In this document: positions 59,761 to 64,000 of the stretch, piece after piece
Position numbering within the stretch: position 1 is the stretch's first letter
Layout: every line of letters begins with the position of its first letter
The notes under the pieces: generated by a model
What the model saw: the letters and a program-made list of their open reading frames with translations, nothing else
What the model was told of the DNA's origin: nothing
Databases searched by the model: none
Program-made: the position numbers and the translations under genes
Source: Thermoplasmata archaeon
Lineage (GTDB): Archaea; Thermoplasmatota; Thermoplasmata; RBG-16-68-12; JAFNFQ01
DNA length: 64,000 nucleotides
Direction of reading: 5' to 3'
NCBI GenBank assembly: GCA_041489255.1
Contig: JBGPQV010000003.1
Coordinates: 96,001 to 160,000 of the forward strand

Positions 59761-59882
59761 TTGGTCCGTACCGCAATCATAAGCGTAGCGCACGACCGGC
59801 CATCGCCCGAAACGCTTAGATATCCGTAAAACGCGGTTCAAGAACAGCTAAGTAATCTTGCAGCCCTTCGCTCCTCGGGAGC

Positions 59883-62093
59883 TTGATGAACGTGGAAACG
59901 CCAGAGTCTTTGCCTCCGCCACCTATCCCGTCAAAGTCGAAGTTGAAAGTTGCGACCGTTGGCATCGCGCTGGTCCTGGTTATCAGCGCGTTCGCCGCGG
60001 GCTACTACTTGGGCTCCAGCCCATCCGGGAACCTGCCGGGTCCCTTGACCCAGCTCTACGTGACAGGCCTGGTCACGCTGGACAGTGGATCCACAGCATC
60101 TGGCGCGTCCGTGGTCCTCAGGGCGGAGGATGGCTCCGCCGTCGCCACGGGAACGACGGGGGCCGACGGGCGGTTCGACATCGCCCTCACTCCGCAGTTC
60201 CCGAACCGCGTCCTCGTCAAAGCCACCTACGAAAAAGCCGGCCTGCCCCCGGCCATTGGATTCCGCTGGAGCACCCGCCAATCGGACGGCGGCGCGGTCG
60301 ATGTGGGCCGTATCGTCCTCCCCGACCCCGCGGGAAAGGAGCTCACCCTCGCTGGGAGCGTTGCCACCAGCGGGGACGGGAGCATCCGCGTGTCCGGGGT
60401 ACCTGCGGGCATCGACTCCATCTGGGCACGCGGCTATGTCGCCGACGACTTCCCTGATGTCTTCCCCGGCGACCTCGCCGAGGGGACCGCCCAGCCGATA
60501 GTCAATCAGGTCGTCCTCTGGATCTCCGCCCTTGACGGCGCCGGGAACCTCGTGACCGCGGTGAATCCCCCAGCCGACATCCGCCTTCTCATACCGCCGA
60601 GCGAGTGGGAGGAGCTTGAGGACCTCGTGGCGGGGAACGGAGTCCTCGACACGGGCGTGTACTCCTTCAACCAGACCTCGGGGTACTGGGAACGCGAAGC
60701 AAACGGCGTCCTCGTGAACGCCGCTGGCAGCGCGATCCCAGAGTCAGAGGGCAGCGCGATTCGGCGCGGAACGCATGTCGGGGACGTCTACGCGCAGTTC
60801 GCCGCAGGCCACTTCTCCTACTGGAACATCGACCACCCCGCAACGGAGTGCGATCCGGACTTCGGCGACGCCCCCGATCCCCCCTACCCCAGTCTGACGG
60901 CGAGCGGGGGTGCCGTTCACTTGAAACCCTGCAGCGCGTGGCTCGGACACTTCGCCGACGGAGAGAGCGACGCCGAGGTGCCGGACCTCGACCTCTACGA
61001 CGACGGCCTGGAGTCCTCCTCCCCCCTGAAGGTCAAAGTCGCGAACTGGGACTGGCCCGACCCGCTCTACATCAACGTGCTCATCGACCAAGGCAGGGAC
61101 GGGGATTGGAGCGATGCGGGAGACTGGGTTGTCCGGAACGTCGAGGTCAGCGTTCCCAAGGTAAGCGAGGTCACCTTCAATCTGGACGCCGAGTGGGACG
61201 GGATATCTTGGATGCGGATCACCCTGACCGGCATCACGATCGCCAACTACGACGGCCATGGGAGCTTCGCGATCGGGGAGACGGAGGACTACGGGCCACC
61301 AATGGACCTCCTCCAGGTCGCCGTCTGGGGGAACGGCACGGTTTCGAGCACGCCCTCGGGAATCGACTGCCGCGAGGGTTCGGGCACCTGCTCCTGGTCG
61401 TTCGAACGCGGAACCAAGGTCGATCTCGCCGCGTCGCCCGACCCCGGAGAGAGCTTCATCGGCTGGGAAGGCGCCTGCGGCGGGGTGCCTCCGGGCAGCG
61501 GGGTCTGCACGCTGGACATCCTTGGACCGACGAGTGTCGGTGCGCTTTTCAGCCAACCTTTCGTGGACTTGTCCGTCTACATCTGGGGGAACGGGATGAT
61601 CACGAGCGCCCCTCCAGGGGTTTCGTGCGCAGGGACGGGGATCATGGACTACACGATCCCGCCGGCCTGCGTGACGCGCTTCCCCTTCGGGACGGGCTCG
61701 GTGGTCCTTACCGCCACGCCGGACCCCAGTGAGACCTTCTACGGATGGTCCAGCGAATGCTCGTCCTCATGGACAAACGCGACATGCGGCGTCGTGATGG
61801 ACCGCGACAGGACCGTGGACGCCTTCTTCGCCAATTTGACAATGGGGCTGACGGTCGATGGGTGGAACCAGAGCGGATTCGGGAACGTCACCAGCTGGCC
61901 GCCGGGTATCAACTGCAGCTTCCCAGGTCCGAGCTGCCTATGGCATTTCCTTTTCAGGGCTGTCGTGACTCTCACCGCCACGCCGGGGCCCGGATACAGC
62001 TTCGACTCCTGGGAAGGCGACTGTTCCGGAACGTCGCCAGTCTGCACCGTCCGCATGGACCAGCCCCGGTGGGTCTTCGCGATATTCGTGTAG
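59883..62093 (+). CDS. Surface protein: N-terminal TM, carboxypeptidase-regulatory-like Ig, HFS motif, GEVED-like domain, three InlB-B/Flg_new-like repeats
   Basis: TM VGIALVLVISAFAAGYY; TGADGRF; HFSYWNID; DFGDAP...GETEDY; three G.G.V.S.P.GI.C...LTA.P....F.GW...C repeats. Confidence 0.82.
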   Translation: MMNVETPESLPPPPIPSKSKLKVATVGIALVLVISAFAAGYYLGSSPSGNLPGPLTQLYVTGLVTLDSGSTASGASVVLRAEDGSAVATGTTGADGRFDIALTPQFPNRVLVKATYEKAGLPPAIGFRWSTRQSDGGAVDVGRIVLPDPAGKELTLAGSVATSGDGSIRVSGVPAGIDSIWARGYVADDFPDVFPGDLAEGTAQPIVNQVVLWISALDGAGNLVTAVNPPADIRLLIPPSEWEELEDLVAGNGVLDTGVYSFNQTSGYWEREANGVLVNAAGSAIPESEGSAIRRGTHVGDVYAQFAAGHFSYWNIDHPATECDPDFGDAPDPPYPSLTASGGAVHLKPCSAWLGHFADGESDAEVPDLDLYDDGLESSSPLKVKVANWDWPDPLYINVLIDQGRDGDWSDAGDWVVRNVEVSVPKVSEVTFNLDAEWDGISWMRITLTGITIANYDGHGSFAIGETEDYGPPMDLLQVAVWGNGTVSSTPSGIDCREGSGTCSWSFERGTKVDLAASPDPGESFIGWEGACGGVPPGSGVCTLDILGPTSVGALFSQPFVDLSVYIWGNGMITSAPPGVSCAGTGIMDYTIPPACVTRFPFGTGSVVLTATPDPSETFYGWSSECSSSWTNATCGVVMDRDRTVDAFFANLTMGLTVDGWNQSGFGNVTSWPPGINCSFPGPSCLWHFLFRAVVTLTATPGPGYSFDSWEGDCSGTSPVCTVRMDQPRWVFAIFV

Positions 62094-62158
62094 TGCGGCT
62101 CTTTTGCCCGTATTCAGCCCTACGCTGACGGACTCGTGGATGACCGCCACACCGACGA

Positions 62159-62491
62159 TCAACGGCTCCCCGGACCTTCTCCCTCCTCCGGTCCTGGCGT
62201 CTCCGGCCTCAGAGCCCTGAGTATCGCCACTGAGATTCCCGCCATCAGGATTGACAGATCGACAGCCGTACCTACTCCCATCAGCGGGGGTATCGAGAGT
62301 TGTCCCGTGAAGAGGGACACGATTCCGGTTCCCGCCTCCGCAACGACGAAAGGCAGTGAAGCGATCGTGAACGCCTTCGCCACCGCCATCTTGCTCCTCC
62401 TGCCCTTCCAAGGCCTCCTCTTCGAAGACCAAGACCCGACAATCGCCAGCAGAGCTGCGAAAATCCCCGCCACTATCGGCTTGTAGTTCAC
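62159..62491 (-). CDS. Small three-TM membrane protein
   Basis: Three hydrophobic segments; GTG start. Confidence 0.55.
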   Translation of the reverse strand: MNYKPIVAGIFAALLAIVGSWSSKRRPWKGRRSKMAVAKAFTIASLPFVVAEAGTGIVSLFTGQLSIPPLMGVGTAVDLSILMAGISVAILRALRPETPGPEEGEGPGSR

Positions 62492-62659
62492 CTCGACCTT
62501 TGGCGGTGGCGGTTCCTTTGTTAGTCATGAGGAAGGCTGGCAAGTGCAGCGAGGACAGCCTTGTCTTGGAGGGCGGGAGCGGACGAGCAAGAGGGAGCCC
62601 CCGACTTCGTCATCCGCCACATCTGGCCACTCCATGACGACCGGAGGCGCGCGAGATGA

Positions 62660-63367
62660 TCAACCCGGGTGGACATGAGACTGCGGCGAAGGCTTGTACT
62701 CTTCCATGAATCCCATTCGCAGCCTCAAGATGATGTCCGCATAGAACTTCTTGTATCCCTCTGGGTCCGAATTGAACTTCTCGATCTCCTCCCTCGGCAT
62801 GGGCTCGCAGACGCTCTTCACCCATGCGTCTTCGAAGAGCAGGTTCAGGGGGATATGAACGTGTTCCACGATGTTGATCCACTTCGACTTCGGCCCCATC
62901 GGAATCCCATATTCCTCGAGAACGCTCAGGACCTGGCGCGATGACTTGCAGAAGACCGTGAAGTTCTTGTGGTCTTCGACTGCAATCTCGATTTCATCGG
63001 AAGAGATGCCGAAGGAGACGAAGCCGTCATTCACGAGCTGGAAGGAGTGCCGCGTGAAGGCGTCAAGCACCTCCCCCTTCGTCAAGTCCCCTGAGACAAA
63101 AGCCATCTCGGGTCTGGGGAGGTGGTGGACCAAGAATCCCGCGCAAGGCTCGCCGACGAACTCGCTGAGGGCTATGAACAGGGGGAACATCCTATCCCTG
63201 CTCGCGACAATGAGGAAGCCATAGTCGTATGGCGCGTGCCTGAGGCCTTCGACAAGGTAGCACTCGGTGAATTCCCTGACCGCGGCCCCGCACCGCCCTC
63301 CTTCCAGAGAGAGGCCGAAAGGCAACAGGAACTTGTTTTTCTTCTTTCGCGGGGGCTTGAGTATCAT
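62660..63367 (-). CDS. Hypothetical protein
   Basis: 235-aa ORF; TATA-like CCTATAAG upstream; NDGF..FG...EDHK block. Confidence 0.65.
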   Translation of the reverse strand: MILKPPRKKKNKFLLPFGLSLEGGRCGAAVREFTECYLVEGLRHAPYDYGFLIVASRDRMFPLFIALSEFVGEPCAGFLVHHLPRPEMAFVSGDLTKGEVLDAFTRHSFQLVNDGFVSFGISSDEIEIAVEDHKNFTVFCKSSRQVLSVLEEYGIPMGPKSKWINIVEHVHIPLNLLFEDAWVKSVCEPMPREEIEKFNSDPEGYKKFYADIILRLRMGFMEEYKPSPQSHVHPG

Positions 63368-63604
63368 CTTCAGTCAACTTGCTGAGGGGGCAGGACTTCT
63401 TATAGGTGACACATCTGAATCTCGATTTAGGAGAACGATGATTCTCCTGATTACCGCACGGGTGATTGCAGACACGCAGATCGATGGCAGGGATGTACGC
63501 CACCCACCGACCCCCCGGCTCAAATGAGTTGTCTCCTATAGCCGATCGGGATTAGATTTAATACGATGGACTCCGATAGGAAACAAGGATGAGGGGGGTC
63601 TGGA

Positions 63605-64000
63605 ATGGCTAAGCTCAAGCCCTGTCCGATCTGCGGACAGAACGTTTCGCTGGAGAAACTCGGGATACATTTGAAGAAGGTGCACCCGAGGGAGAAGGTC
63701 GAGGTCAAGCTCGAAAAGGAGGAGCGGACTGAGGTCGAGGAGGCGGCGAAAGCCCGCAGGCGTTCAGCTCGCCCCAAGGGTAGATGGATCGTCCTGGTGG
63801 CCCTGCTGGTCATCGTTGCGGTCGTCATCGCCTTCGTCTATGTGCCGAGAGGAATCAAGGTGGGGGACATGGCGCCGGGCTTCAATCTCCCTGATACGTA
63901 CGGGGTCGACTGGAACCTTGACAGTCACCTGGCGGAGAAGAAGCCGATCCTCCTCGAATTCATGCACCCGTGGTGCGTGTACTGCAACAACTCCGTCGCG
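63605..64000 (+). CDS. Membrane redoxin (TlpA/AhpC-like) with N-terminal C2H2 zinc finger; truncated by the window end
   Basis: Absent from the ORF track. Translates MAKLKPCPICG..HLKKVH, TM WIVLVALLVIVAVVIAFVY, GDMAPGFNL, LLEFMHPWCVYC. Confidence 0.8.
   Translation, partial: MAKLKPCPICGQNVSLEKLGIHLKKVHPREKVEVKLEKEERTEVEEAAKARRRSARPKGRWIVLVALLVIVAVVIAFVYVPRGIKVGDMAPGFNLPDTYGVDWNLDSHLAEKKPILLEFMHPWCVYCNNSVA

Noticed and set aside
59820-59846. Second IS481 terminal inverted repeat ending in ACA
   Set aside because: Matches the 59464 end only over the first few bases; not a convincing inverted repeat

Overview
GC-rich archaeal chromosomal window. The stand-alone 16S rRNA (40099-41565, no linked tRNA or 23S) and the gene set are most consistent with an uncultured Thermoplasmata-type euryarchaeon. 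Housekeeping content: tRNA-Thr(UGU), tRNA-Glu(CUC), an rpl1-rplP0-rpl12 operon with an L1 autoregulatory leader and an apparent ACG start, RaSEA, MgtA/MgtC/CorA/CDF metal transport, an SHMT-GcvT-GcvT fusion, MvhD- and HdrD-like Fe-S proteins, EtfBA, LipB and LpdA. The best candidate for an undescribed system is a tightly coupled minus-strand operon (35889->27283). It joins three exported beta-propellers, a His/Cys-rich membrane protein, a NapH-like polyferredoxin, a double-cubane-cluster (HgdB/DCCP-type) protein, a stand-alone NifB and a Cys-rich membrane protein, and lies behind a giant FtsX-like permease; no nitrogenase or activator ATPase gene is in the window. The second candidate is a three-gene operon beside tRNA-Glu (membrane GNAT, SelO/kinase-like protein, helical protein). 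Other oddities: a membrane-anchored protein with six Zn ribbons and a SAP-like motif, 11-bp and 21-bp repeat arrays upstream of rpl1, an Rhs-like relic, orphan TA parts, a Panacea-RelE pair, an IS481 remnant and an HFS-motif surface protein. All family calls come from motif recognition by eye; no database searches were run.
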